A model generated the notes under the pieces. That model was given only the letters and a program-made list of their open reading frames with translations. It did not search any database and had not been told where the DNA came from. Source: Euprymna scolopes (taxonomy: Eukaryota). From it: a stretch of 63,561 nt of DNA. A program made the translations under genes and the position numbers. Location: NCBI GenBank assembly GCA_053919585.1, contig CM132799.1. One strand, 5' to 3'. Shown one piece after another: positions 25,430 to 38,415 of this stretch (positions are counted from its first letter, which is position 1; each line of letters begins with the position of its first letter).

Positions 25430-26427
25430 CGTGTTTGTTTTAATATGGATTTTAAATTGAATATTTGTTTTAATATTGATTTTAAATTGAATGTTTGTTT
25501 TAATATTGATTGCAAATTGAATGTTTGTTTTAATATTGATTTTAAATTGAATGTTTGTTTTAATCTTGATTTTAAATTGAATGCTTGTTTTGATATTTAT
25601 TTTAAATTGAATTTTTGTTTTGATACTGATTTTACAATGAATGTTTGTTTTAATATTGATTTTAGATTGAATGTTTGTTTTGATATTGATTTTAAATTGA
25701 ATGTTTGCTTTAATATTGATTGTAAATTGAATGTTTGTTTTAATATTGATTTTAAATTGAATGTTTGTTTTAATATTGATTTTAAATTGAATGTCTGTTT
25801 TAATATTGATTTTAAATTGAATGTTTGTTTTAATATTGATTTTAAATTGAATGTTTGTTTTAATATTGTTTTTAAATTGAATGTTTGTTTTAATATTGAT
25901 TTTAAATTGAATGTTTGTTTCAATATTGATTGTAAATTGAATGTTTGCTTTAATATTGATTTTAAATTGAATGTTTGCTTTTAATATTGATTTTAAATTG
26001 AATGTTTGCTTTAATATTGATTTTAAATTGAATGTTTGTTTTAATATTGATTTTAAATTGAATGTTTGTTTTAATATTGATTTTAAATTGAATGTTTGCT
26101 TTAATCTTGATTTTAAATTGAATGTTTGTTTTAATATTGATTTTAAATTGAATGTTTGTTTTAATATTGATTGTAAATTGAATATTTGTTTTAATATTGA
26201 TTTTAAATTGAATGTTGGTTTTAATATTGATTTTAAATTGAATGTTTGTTTCAATATTGATTTTAAATTGAATGTTTGTTTCAATATTGATTGTAAATTG
26301 AATGTTTGTTTTAATATTGTTTTTAAATTGAATGTTTGTTTTAATATTGATTTTAAATTGAATATTTGTTTTAATATTGATTTTAAATTGAATATTTGTT
26401 TTAATATTGATTTTAAATTGAATGTTT
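25430..26427 (+). repeat. 30-bp minisatellite, about 33 copies
   Basis: Unit TTTAATATTGATTTTAAATTGAATGTTTGT, with a 1-bp phase shift near 25980. Confidence 0.95.
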
Positions 26428-26929
26428 GAGACTCATATTTCATGTTTTGCACCATTTGATTTTCTTCTTGAAACATTCGTAATTTTACATGCGTAATTGT
26501 ATTATTGAATAAAGTTAAGTTTTACTTGGATCTAGTCGTATCTCTTTCTTTTATTTGTTTTAAATGTTATTTATGAGAAAATAAGGAACGTAGTTTAATC
26601 GAAAACCCATGAAATTACGAAATTTTAATTACTTTTCACGCATGAACACAGCATTTTGTTTTTAATTCTTTTTTTTTAACTTAATATCGAATAAGTTTCA
26701 GTACAAATTATTGTGTTCATTATTTTTTCTTTTTAAAGACAATTATTATTTTTTCTAATGCTTTTTTAAAAAAAATATTTGATTCATTATCGTCCGTGAC
26801 TGTGCGAAAAATCTTGCTATCTAGAACTTTAGCGATGACGTCATTTGTCAGCTAAAGGGCCTCAATGATATTACGAAAGTCACATTACGTTCATCAAATA
26901 CTTTTATTGACTCTTGTTCACCACAAACA

Positions 26930-27440
26930 AAGCATGTTGCCACATAATGGGCTACGGTTTGGAATCACGTCTGTACCTGATTTAACGGAATGAGTTGTCT
27001 GTCTATATTCTATTTAAATTTCTGCATGTTAGTATAGTCAGGGAAGCAGGAAACATGGAAAAAATCACAATGTCTGAGAGAAGAAGCTATTAGGATAGAA
27101 AGATTTCCGACATATAGGGAATTCTACAATAGAAGGGTATTGTTTCGTTGCTTCTCGGTTTAGTCAGGCATATTTACATCGATCGGGCAAGTGCTACGAG
27201 TTTGTCAGATAAAATTCAATTAAATATTTGTGAAACAAACGCAGGGATGTAACATTGCAGCGATGGAAGAGATATTGTCAGGGGGGAGTAATTTTCTAGC
27301 ACGGTTAAGGAAACCCACCCTTTCCCCAGCAGCCGTTGCAATGTCCTCAATATATTTGATTCAGTTCATGTTGTCTGTGAATGTTAAGCCGAGGAGTTTT
27401 GAAAATAAGCGCCATGCAGGGTATTATTAGGCATGATTAT
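26930..27440 (-). mobile_element. CR1-group LINE 3' fragment
   Basis: Minus-strand translation LLGLTFTDNMN*IKYIEDIATAAGERVGFLNRARKLL parallels LLGLTFTPDLK(W)NTSIKSVAKVAGKMVGSFYRSRRYL of the 13331 element. Confidence 0.7.
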
Positions 27441-27562
27441 CGGTGGTTAAGGTTTCTTCAAAAATAATTCCAGATAAACACCATATATTACTTATGTACA
27501 TATTTATAATGTTAACTAGTTCAGCGTTGAATTTCGGGTAAAATGTCTTGATTTATTTACTT

Positions 27563-27620
27563 TTTTAACATTGGAGTCAATGATATTAAAGACCCGAAGC
27601 CACTCGAGGATAATGGTTAA
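27563..27620 (-). mobile_element. Isolated LINE 3' tail
   Basis: TAACCATTATCCTCGAGTGGCTTCGGGTCTTTAATATC...AAAAAA is homologous to 15401-15460. Confidence 0.6.
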
Positions 27621-28011
27621 CGAGAGACAAATAGCCAATGATTACTTTAGTTGGGCAGTTCAAAAAGTGGAGTTTTATTAGAATTTGGATAATAAAAAGC
27701 CTTTCTTACTTGTACTCGTCGAGTGGAAGTCTGGTGAGTGCTTGCACTCTTGGATCTTTTCCATATTCCTTGGTCCTTCATGACTGTTTTGTGCGGCGCC
27801 AGCTGATGCCGTCACAACCATTTTTTTTTTAGATGAGGAGCAAAGTTCACTTAAAATGTTCAGTTTTCTTGGTTCGATGTAGTGTTGGTTTCTATCTTTT
27901 TGTTTGATTTCTACTCCAGATTCCACATGACCCATTTGCGTTTGTAGCTGATGTTGGTCAGTTTATGCATTTGATCGTTTTCTTAACGATATAAGCTGTT
28001 TTAGCATTATC

Positions 28012-28055
<44 letters not shown>

Positions 28056-28129
28056 TATCTGTATTCTTATTACTATGATCATTCTTCTTCTTCTTCTTCT
28101 TCTTCTTCTTATTATTATTATTTCTATTA

Positions 28130-28800
28130 TTATTGATATTCATCAACGGCATCCGACATGGATACATTTGTTGTTGACACCACACGCTATGATAAAACAA
28201 TGGAAAAACGAATTCATAAATAAAATGACACCTTAAAAAATGATTTGAATCTATAGTACAAAAAGAAGCGAGCATGGATGATTGCATTTAATGCTGCTAA
28301 AACTAAGCTGCTTTACTTTAAGAATTACAAGAACCTTTTCAACCACAGATTCCATGAAAAATAACACTCTACTTGAGCACTCATCGTTAAAATTCCCCTT
28401 AACATTCACAGGGAACATGAACTGGAACAAATATATTGAAGACATTGCCAAAGCTACTGCAAATAAATAGGCTCCCTTATCATGCTAGAAAAGCTCACAT
28501 CTGAGAGTATCCAATATCTCTATACAGCCATCAATCGCTATTGTATGGAGTATTGTTGAAACATCTGTCTGGCGTGTCTCCTCTTCTAGACAGTTTCGAA
28601 AAGATAATCTCTAACTCAACCGAGTACAAAGTCATATTTTAACGACCTAATATTGCACATTTGAGCTTGATTGACAAGTACATTAATAAAATGTGCTCCG
28701 ATGAACTCGTAGCACCTGTGCCTGCCTTGACGTAAGTGCCCTTTAACAACTCGACAACCAGAAAATTCCAGATAGAAGTTTTAAGTTATTCGTAATAGTA
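28130..28800 (+). mobile_element. Decayed CR1-group LINE fragment
   Basis: FNAAKTKLL, LTFTGNMNWNKYIEDIAKATANK and a MEYC-like motif. Confidence 0.65.
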
Positions 28801-29764
28801 TTCTATGTATCGTCTGTACTGTAGATAAGACCTTCAATCCCCCAAACAGTGGAACTTAGAACTGAATTTGACAGAGCACTTTATCCGTTTTATCACGAGT
28901 CATTGACTGACGAAATGAGAAGGTTAAATACATTTGGATTTTCGAGTTGGACAAGATATTTCTGGGTATAGTCAGCTATTGCATCAGCATAACCATTGTG
29001 AGAGTACAACTATGATGGAAACAACAGTACAGGCAATCAAATAATACAAATTATTAATCCTAATCTAAAATATTTTAAAATTCATAATGTGAATTATTGA
29101 TGCGAGCACATAATTTAGTATAGTTTTATTAGTTCAATTGTAATAAGAAATTCCGATGTCAGCGTAGATTTTGTTTGTTTACGTCTATTTCATATATTGT
29201 ACGATCCTGGATGATAGGGTGCCGATGCATTGTTTAGGTCGTCTACATTGAACAGTTTATAATAAAGCAGATACACTTAGCTATAATTAAATTCATGAAA
29301 TGATTTTTATTTGAAAGTCATCACAATCAGTCCTCGTGTATCTGCTGTCCGGGAAAATGATTTTCAAGAAGCGATTAGTAACTATAATCACGAAAGGCAA
29401 ATAAGATCGATAATCTCCAGGGTATCTTGAGTAATTCAAAAAGCATATTAAATACAAACGCACCCTGGCAAAGGTGGTCAGCTGTAATACAATATTTGCT
29501 ATTACCAATATTCTTCGGGATTCTCGTTTCTTTAGTTTTTTTTTTTGGCTATTTTGGTGTCGTTTTAACCCAAGGGAAATTGATGTCACGGTGAATAAGC
29601 TTAAATATCGGCGTAAAATAAGATTAAATAAACGCAAACAAGAAAATCTTGCATGTGCTAACATACAGCTTTGGCATCCATGCCTGACTATAAACGAACA
29701 TAAACAAACTTGACACAGAAACGCAGAAAATACTGACATTGTACAGAATAACATGCATAAACCA

Positions 29765-30345
29765 GTGCCTGCCTAGGTTGTATTTGAATAGAAGATCAAG
29801 ATGTATGGATCTTCCAATAATTGACCATCAGTATCATGTTACTATTGCGAGTACCGGGGAATATCTATCAGCTTCTAAAATCCAAAGCTAAAAAAATCGT
29901 ACATCAACATCACGGAGCAAGAGTCAGCAGAAAACCTCCATCATAAAACTAATCAAATATTTTTAACAAGATTCTTACAAACGAGACAAAATTAGAAAAC
30001 ATCATTGCTACGGAAATAGCACAGACAATTCGCCAAAATACACCAATACCTTCCATTGCAAAAAAATCCTGAAATAATGGACCAAGCAACATCGTTCCAA
30101 GTAGTATCTGGACGAATTTACTCATGACTATATAGATAAAGAAGGTTCTATAGACTGGAAATCGCTGAAAATGGGATATCCTATCATCAGGAGAAACTTT
30201 TAATGGATGACTATGATCAAGGTTTGATGAATAATTATTTCAAGAAGATGATCGGTTTTAGCAATGATAACAAGTGCAGGTTCTGGCACACAGAAGTAGA
30301 GTATGTGAACTTTAAAATATTGAATATCGAATGCAGTCGTTGAAA
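29765..30345 (+). mobile_element. Decayed R4/Dong-type (RLE) non-LTR retrotransposon fragment
   Basis: RLYLNRR-like motif, IDKEGS, and DQGLMNNYFKKMIGFSNDNKCRF (the QDQ...KCRxC motif preceding the zinc knuckle). Confidence 0.55.
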
Positions 30346-30360
30346 AATAAAGCAGCACGT

Positions 30361-30568
30361 ATTATAAGTGAAACCATTTCATAGAATTAAAAAGTATTAT
30401 AAGTGAAACCATTTCATAGAATTAAAAAGTATTATAAGTGAAACCATTTCATAGAATTAAAAAGAATTATAAGTGAAACCATTTCATAGAATTAAAAAGA
30501 ATTATAAGTGAAACAATTTGCATAGAATTAAAAAGAATTATAAGTGAAACAATTTGCATAGAATTAAA
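30361..30568 (+). repeat. 35-bp minisatellite, 6 copies
   Basis: Unit ATTATAAGTGAAACCATTTCATAGAATTAAAAAG(T/A). Confidence 0.93.
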
Positions 30569-31490
30569 ATACAAAGTTGATCATTCCTTGCATCAGGTTT
30601 GATTTTAAATGAGTTCCACTTGTGAAAGAAATAGATTTTTCTGAAAAACATTGCAATTAAAAAAAAGAAATAATTCATATTCGAAAGTAAATAAAGTTAT
30701 TGCTTTCGCTTATAATTTGTTAATAACCATTTAGTAGCTTTTAAAACCTATTTTGTCTTGCATGTATTATTAACAAGTTACAAATAGTTATATTATGAAG
30801 ACCAATAAATTATTCCGTGAAATGTATTCTTTGTACAGAACACATTGATGTTTTTTTTGCGTAGATTAAAAGAAAGGTAAAATCCTTGTAAACCCACCAT
30901 ACTTATTTCAAATCAATTATATCATTTAAACTCTAAATCGTCGGGAATTCAAGGTTTAGAGGATCTTAATAAGAAATAAAAAATCCGGGAATCTTGCTTA
31001 ATCAGTCTCTAATGGTTATGGATCCTATTTAATGTAAATCTGAAAGATTCGACGTTTAAAATAGATATCATACAATAAAAAACTATTTAAAATATCCTAA
31101 ATTAAACGTAAATTAAAGGAATACTCTTTAATTGATGTCTAATATTGTTAAAATTTTACAGACATAAACTATATCTGAATTTTCATGAAGCAATTTCACG
31201 CCATCCTTAGCTTCTGTTCATGTCGTTAAATTCAATGTGTGTCAATGATCAGCGTTATGCCTAACAACTATGTTCCGAAACCCATTATAATCGGTTAATT
31301 AATTTAGGAGTGAATCTCTTACCCAAACATAAGCTCATACCCGTGTCTAACTTTACATAGAGATAGATTATAATTCATCTTTCAAAACGAAACTCTTAAC
31401 ACTAATTAATAATTGATTTGATTCATTTAGACGAGGGATGTAAAAATGGATGCTAAACTGTACTGTTTTAATTATTTTAGTACATTTTTA

Positions 31491-31549
<59 letters not shown>

Positions 31550-31555
<6 letters not shown>

Positions 31556-31699
31556 GCTTGTCTATTCAAATTTTTCTCATGAACTACTAGGCCGACCTGG
31601 CTAAATTTTGTATGAACCTTTATGATAGAGTGCAGTGAACTGAAAGATTTGAGGGACATTACATGTAGACTCCTAAAAAAAAAGTTGGGAAGCACTAGT
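31550..31699 (+). mobile_element. Non-autonomous Helitron-like remnant (related copy at about 45700-45892, minus strand)
   Basis: Starts after (TA)n and ends in CTAG|T. The block GCTAAATTTTGTATGAACC...TGCAGTGAACT is shared in reverse orientation with 45778-45820. Confidence 0.45.
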
Positions 31700-31713
31700 T
31701 TAAATGAGTCAGA

Positions 31714-31779
31714 AAGGGAGATAATTCGATAAACTTTAAGGCCAAAAATGTCCTTAAAGTTTATCGAATTATCTCCCTT
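31714..31779. repeat. Perfect 28-bp inverted repeat with a 10-nt spacer
   Basis: AAGGGAGATAATTCGATAAACTTTAAGG / CCTTAAAGTTTATCGAATTATCTCCCTT. Confidence 0.92.
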
Positions 31780-32470
31780 AAAAATTAGATTTACTTTTCA
31801 ATCCATTTCATTAAAAAATATCTTATACAATGCACGTCGTGTCACTGTTTGGATCTTTACTCATGACTGAGTTTCGAATCTGCTCTTGAAACACATGCAA
31901 TGTCTGCAGTGAAGAACCGTGATACGACGAACAGCATTCTGTTTAAAAGTACATTTGAGACCCATTCATCGTTAAAGCTTTCTTCTACAAGAGGTCATGA
32001 TTGCCACCAAGTGTAAAGTACTACTTGTATTAAACCTAACAAACAAACAAAAAAGTTGACGGCATCCTGAACGTGTCTGGTGGAAACAACAACAACAACA
32101 ACTACTGCTACTACTACTACTACTACTACTAATAATAATAATAATAATAAATATGACTCCTATTGGAGCCTTCGTCTGGGGAAATCAAATATTTGCTTTA
32201 ATGAGTTAACAATATGGGTGTGTCACCAAGGGGAATTATTAAACCGCAAAGGAAGGCTTGATTACTTGTGAGATTCACAAAATGGCAATATATTTAACTG
32301 TAAAAATTTTAAAAAAACTTTCAAATCACAACAAACACATTTGAACTTTGTTTGTAAACAAGGTACTCATACGGTTCGGTGATAGTTTGGCATAATCATA
32401 TAACAAATTACTTTAAAAAGTATAATTTATTTTGATTAAAATAAGATGAGGCCAATAAAAATATGGCGGT

Positions 32471-32536
<66 letters not shown>

Positions 32537-33194
32537 AAAGAGGCGCAGTTTTCCCCCTCTGGACCAAAATACCGTAGGTTTAAAACAACAGATGCCATAT
32601 ACAATTTTTTTATGTTTAAACTCTCGATCCAAAGTCTTATATAACTACACTACGTCGTTTCATACACAGTTATTCTTTATATTTAGATCTTTAATTGCAG
32701 CATAGGAGAGGCTTGATCACTAGTGCCCAGATCTATAGACGAAGCAGTTCGTCCTTTCACCCTTTCCTGACAAGTCCTCCCACTATTTCAGAGAAAACCT
32801 GGTAAATATATAACCATTACAACTATTTTGAACGGACACCCTTATTAACTGAATTAAACACTCTTACAAATACAACTACCACTACCTTTCACTATCTAAA
32901 AATAATGATTTCTCTACTATAACATTTCTTCCTATTCTCATTAGTTGTTACCTAGAAATTCTATTATACCGGAACATACAAAATACGAACACATCAACCT
33001 CTATTCAAGATGGATTCACATAGATCATTTTATGTTTACATCTAATGAAACTACCGTTCCTTCGGTTGTAACTGTCCAAGCTTTCTTCCTATACACATTT
33101 GATTTAATAAACAATGTCGTAAAAGCTTGTGAGACGAATATATGAACTAACCTCAGGCGTACATCTACGAAATTGACCCCAACCTCACTCTAAG

Positions 33195-33274
<80 letters not shown>

Positions 33275-34004
33275 TGAAAGTTAACAAATAAAATCAGCCG
33301 ATTCTCTTCCTAAAAGAGTTTTCGTTTCTTTAGTATAGGGGAAAGGTTGTTCATTATTTTTACCGTTGATCCTTATTTTCTTATTGAAAACAAAGAATCC
33401 AGCGCAGCTATTGTTCCTTTAAGCCACCATACATGCGCGTCTACCAATCTCCCTTGGATTGATAAAAATAGAATAAAACATGAAGTCACTTCGCTTACGC
33501 TTTCTTCGACTAGCGGATAAGATGGTTCGAGTCATAACCTACGGGTTAAACGTTCGCGCCCATTTATCGGATCAATTCTTTTCTTTTCTTTTTTTAAGTT
33601 TTAACACAGGGTTATTTGTGTGATTTTTTACGTTCGCTTCTTCTTTATTTTCTTATTTTTCTCTTTTTTTGGGGGGGGAGTCCATGCTTTTTTTTCCGAT
33701 AATTACGTATACGTTTTCGTGTTTTTTTTATCCGTTCTCGTAATTTTTCTATTATACAATCGCATAGTTTTAGTTATTTTTTATAATATATTCCTTTTTA
33801 TTTGAGTAAGACTGGGGTTTCTGTGTGAAAATAACGTTTAATTAACATATAATTGATTAAACTTTAATTAATCAATAGCTTTTTGAATGCTAAATAATAT
33901 TAATAAAAATAGAAATATTAAATTATCAGAACATATGAACACATTTAAACAATATAAATATAACTTTGTAAAAATTTTAAACGATGAAAGCCTTTTTTAA
34001 AATT

Positions 34005-34265
34005 TAACTTGATGTAATTTAGCATATAAACGTCTGAGCAAGTTCGATCATGGAAAATATGAATATGACGTAATTATTCATGGAGAAAACTTCATTGACC
34101 TGATTGACCCCTCGATACACAGGCAAACCATAGAAGGTTTATGGCCTCATTGTAAAAAATAAAGACTAAGAAAAGACTTTTGGAACGCATTTGATGGAAT
34201 TCATGTGGCGAAGAATGGAAAAGGGAGAAAATTTTCCCCGTATAATAAAATGCATTTGTGAACAA
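34005..34265 (+). pseudogene. Merlin (IS1016/ISXO2-like) DDE transposase remnant
   Basis: AYKRLSKFDHGKYEYDVIIHGENFIDLIDPSIHRQTIEGLWPHCKK, then HLMEFMWRR after a frameshift. Matches the Merlin motifs VNHSxNFVDP..HTQTIEGLW and YLxEFMWR. Confidence 0.75.
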
Positions 34266-35989
34266 GATTTATTTTAAAATAAAAAATTAAAAAGTTTTAA
34301 ATTATAAACAGTTCTATTTACATTGTTTAAAATTAAAATTAAAAAAGGTTTGTGAACAATATTTCTTTCAAAATTATAAAAAATATTTATTCCTGTTGTA
34401 TAAAATTAAAATGTTCTATTTATATTTATTATAATATAATAAAAATTCTGTATATAAGAAAATAAATAATTCTTTATTATTTAAAGAAAATGTTCTGTTT
34501 AAGCGTGCGTATCTTTTTGGCGCACAACTTTCACGTTTAACATATAGAATTACATTGTTTAATATTTGAAAAACTGCGTATTTGCGGAGAATTTAAATGT
34601 GATATTCGTTTTCAGCATATCCGAAACCCACAAAAGTCGTCATTTCAAAAGGAAACTCTTCAGGTGGAAACCAATTAAAAAATTACCGTTTGAAATTATA
34701 AAAAAAGTTCGGTATTTATGTATTTTTGTTACAGGTCTGAAATAATAACGTTATTATTTCGAAAGCCATTCCTTTCATTGGAAGGGGAGGGTGTTTTGTA
34801 ACCATTCAGTGCTTCCACTTAACAATTTAATAAAAAAGGTCTACTGCACCTATTGAACAGCGCTATTTTAAAATAGTATTTTCAAGTTAAATTAAAGTTT
34901 TACGATATTTTTTAATGAGATTATTAGGTGAAAGTACAGAATAGTTACAAAACACCTTCCTCTCCACATATTAAAAATGGCTTTCGAAATTCGAAAATTA
35001 TTCCCAATTATTATTTCAGCGCGATTCAATAAGTGCATAGTAAAAAAAAAGGTATCGTGAAACTTTAATTTAAGCTTAAAATCTATTTTCAAATAGCGCA
35101 GTACCAAACATACATAAATACTTAATTTCTATTTATATTGTTTTAAATAAAAATAAAAAATACTAAACTTTCCATTTTTATTGTTTAAAATTAAAAATAA
35201 AAGAGGTTTATATTTTTTACAATTATAAAAAGTTATATTTATATTGTTTAAAACTTAAAAATGTTCTGTTTAAAATAAAATAGTTTAAGATTAAAATATT
35301 CTGTAAACATTGTTTAAAATAAATAAATAAAATTGTTTATTGTTTTTTAAAAAAAGTTGTTTGTATATTGTAAAAACAACTTCTGAAATACCTATATCAT
35401 TGTCTATATATTGTTGGCATAGCAACATAACAGTGATTAGGGAGTTTAGTTCCTTTTATATGATAGAGGGTTCGGGGTTATTTTTTCACCTAAACTCCAG
35501 TCCTGCGTTTATTTGTTTTTTTTTTATCATCGAAATAAAAGGAAGAACCTGCATTTGTATTCGGAGTATTTTCTTTTTTGTTTGTATTGTTTTTTTTATA
35601 TTTTGTTTTTTTTTCTTTCCTTACGGTGATAAGTGACATAATTGCAACCAAATATTGCAGTAATGAAAGAAATAATAAATGATAAATACGCGAAGGAAGT
35701 TTCGTTTCATTTTCATTTCATTAGGATAAGATTTCATGTTTTCGTTCTTAAATAAATTTCTTCTTCTTAATAAAATTTTGAGACGAACTATTTTTAGTCC
35801 CGGAGACCGGTAAGTAACCAGTCAGCATTATCACAGCCTCAACGGCTAAATGAGTATTTTTTGTTTTCCTTTGTGGGCAGCAGCAGCAACCACAAAAACT
35901 ACTACAACAACAACAACAACAACAACAAAAACAACAACAACTGTACTATATTTTTTTTCAAGATGGGGGACACACTTCCACCAGGAAAC

Positions 35990-36360
35990 GCTGGTTAGCG
36001 GATAATGCTACTTTGTAATAAGTACCACACAATCAACTATGTCCCGTCGTCGCAATGGTGACTCACTGTGCCGGCTTTACGAATACTTAAATGGGATTTG
36101 CTTTGATAAACACGTTACATTTGTGTCTCGACATAAATACTCTCGACGAAAATGCTCTGGACATTAATACCCTCAACTGACTCAACAAGCAGCAAAATCC
36201 CACCACACCACTAGAGCAGTCCTTAGATACAGCAAAGCCTTTTACTTTAATAGTTTCTTCCCTCGAACTATTAGAAGTTGGAATTTCTATTCCTGTCTCC
36301 TACTTCATTGATATGCAGAAATTGAAATGCAATGCGAACAGACATTTCGCCCTCAACTCC
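35990..36360 (+). mobile_element. CR1-group LINE C-terminal fragment
   Basis: SRRRNGDSLCRLYEYLNGIC and FYFNSFFPRTIRSWN parallel SHRRDVASLYLFYRYFHGRC and FFLRTARLWN. Confidence 0.65.
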
Positions 36361-36879
36361 CTACACAGTGTCTCTCTAGATTTAGACCCAAATAACAGTC
36401 CCTTACTGGTTATTTGTTTATATATAACATGTGCATAATAATTGTAATGTTTTCCCGTAATAATCGAAGTTTGTAGAAAACAAGCGAATGTGTATGAATC
36501 TATAGACATGCTATTTCGCATTTACAACAAAAACCGACTATTGATTTTCAAACAATTGAAACGACTGAAGAAGATAAGCTTGTTCAGCTGAAATGGGGAA
36601 ATTACCCGTTTTAGCTGAAAATCATGTCAGAATTAATTCAGCTTATGCGACATTGAAGTCAACGGCTTTAATCGCTTCATTCACACCTGGCTAAAGTGCA
36701 ATTGCACTTGCCACTGTAAACCTTTGCCTCCATTGCATCAGGTTTGCGTCTGATCAGATGCTCTAAATAAACAACAATATAAGTCAGTGTGTAAATGCAT
36801 TTCTCCGCCGGACAATGTAAGGATGAGCCAAAACAAAACTTATACAAAATGGCCCTCTGTTTGTAGCAGATTGAAACCG

Positions 36880-37480
36880 TAAATAGTTGGTAACGTTACA
36901 ACGACTAAGCTTCTTCCCTTTAACAACTACAAAACTCCTAAACCAACCATTGCCATGACAAATAACGCCCTACATGAGAGCACATTTTTCAAACTTTTCG
37001 GCGTAATTAATTGAAGCAAATACATTGAGGACATTGTTAAAACTGGAAAACACTTGGTTTTTTCTACTGTCGTACTAACACAATCACATCTTATATCATT
37101 GCAAAGCCACAATGCACCCATGCATAAAGTATTATTGCAACATATGGGCTTTTCCATTTAACACTAGGCTTTCATAAGAGACAGGGTAGAACAAAGCATC
37201 AAATATAATAGGTCAAGCACGAGGAAGCACGTTCCAAATACTGTTCCATTGCCGCAATATTACATCATTGTGTCTAATTTGCAAGTAATTAAGTGAATAT
37301 ACTCTGATACCCACATAATACTCCCCACCTCGACGTAAACACTCCCAACTAATCCTTCTAACAAAAATACCCTATTCGATGTACAGAGTCCTAGATGTCG
37401 GAAACCTTTTTACTCTAAAAGTTTCTTCCCTTTGATTAACGTTATAAAGGTTAAATGTTACGTGAACAGATATCTCGCTG
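36880..37480 (+). mobile_element. Decayed CR1-group LINE fragment
   Basis: NVTTTKLLPFN, SKYIEDIVK and a YCxHIW-like motif. Confidence 0.55.
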
Positions 37481-37599
37481 CTCAACTCCCTACATGTGTC
37501 CATGTATATCTCGTATCAAATCGTAGTCCCATACGTCTTAGCGAAAATATATTTTAGGCTGAATAAAAGCAAAAAAAAAAAAGAAAAAGACTGGTATTT

Positions 37600-38415
37600 A
37601 CAATGGACAGAACTGAAATTTTTATAATATCTCGTTGTTTTGAGCACTGGCTCTTCAGTTTTCGGTCTAGAGTTTAGGGCGATTTTGATCATTATCACTG
37701 CATGATCAGCGTTCCCGAGTGGGCTATCAGCATTTGTTATACAATCATAGGGAAATATGGTCAGAAACAGGTCTAGAAGTGATGCGTGTTGTTCTTGCTG
37801 GTCAGGAAAACGGGTTGGAAACGTAACCATTTGTGATATGGAGTGAGATATAGAGAAGCTATGTGTTGTTCTTCCCGCTGCATCTGTGTAAGTAGAGAAC
37901 TCAACCCAGTTTTTGCGGTGCACATTGAAGTCACCAAATACATGTACTTGTGTGCTAGTGTCGACAGAGAGTTCAGTGTCTATACTGTCAGATACTTTGT
38001 TTATTATGGTGCATTCCTGGGTCGAGGGAGAGCGGTAGAGAAAATAAAAGTAGCTAATGTTATGTTGTATGTTTAGTCTAAATCACATAAAGGCTTTATC
38101 GTCCGATTCTAGGTTTGTTTCTCTAGTCAAGGAGAGAGTGTTACGAATGTAGACTCCAATCCATCCATATGTCTGTTAGAGGTCTTACGACAGAGTGGGA
38201 GATAGTCAGACATGTTAAAGTAGTTAGAGGGGATGGAGGAGTCTAGGTTAGTCTTACTTAATGCTAAGATATCCGGGGTATTTGTTAGGAGAAATGCTTC
38301 AACATCAGCTAAATTAGTTCTAAGCCCACGGATGTTCGTGAATGCAAGCCTAAAGGGAGGATTTGTTTGTCTCTAAGCCTGGTTTAAGCTTATTTTTTGA
38401 CTGTACTGTCATCAT
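37600..38415 (-). pseudogene. AP-like endonuclease domain of a CR1-group LINE (disrupted)
   Basis: Minus strand: ATG at 38415, AFTNIRGLRTNL, PDILALSKTNLD, QMVTFPTRFPD...SLLDLFLT, PLGNADHAVI. These are APE motifs with frameshifts and stops. Confidence 0.88.

Noticed and set aside
27678-27935. Apparent gapless, hyper-diverged homologue of the CR1-group LINE C-terminus
   Set aside because: Only short scattered anchors at about random identity; the segment start is better explained as related to the 50985 element.
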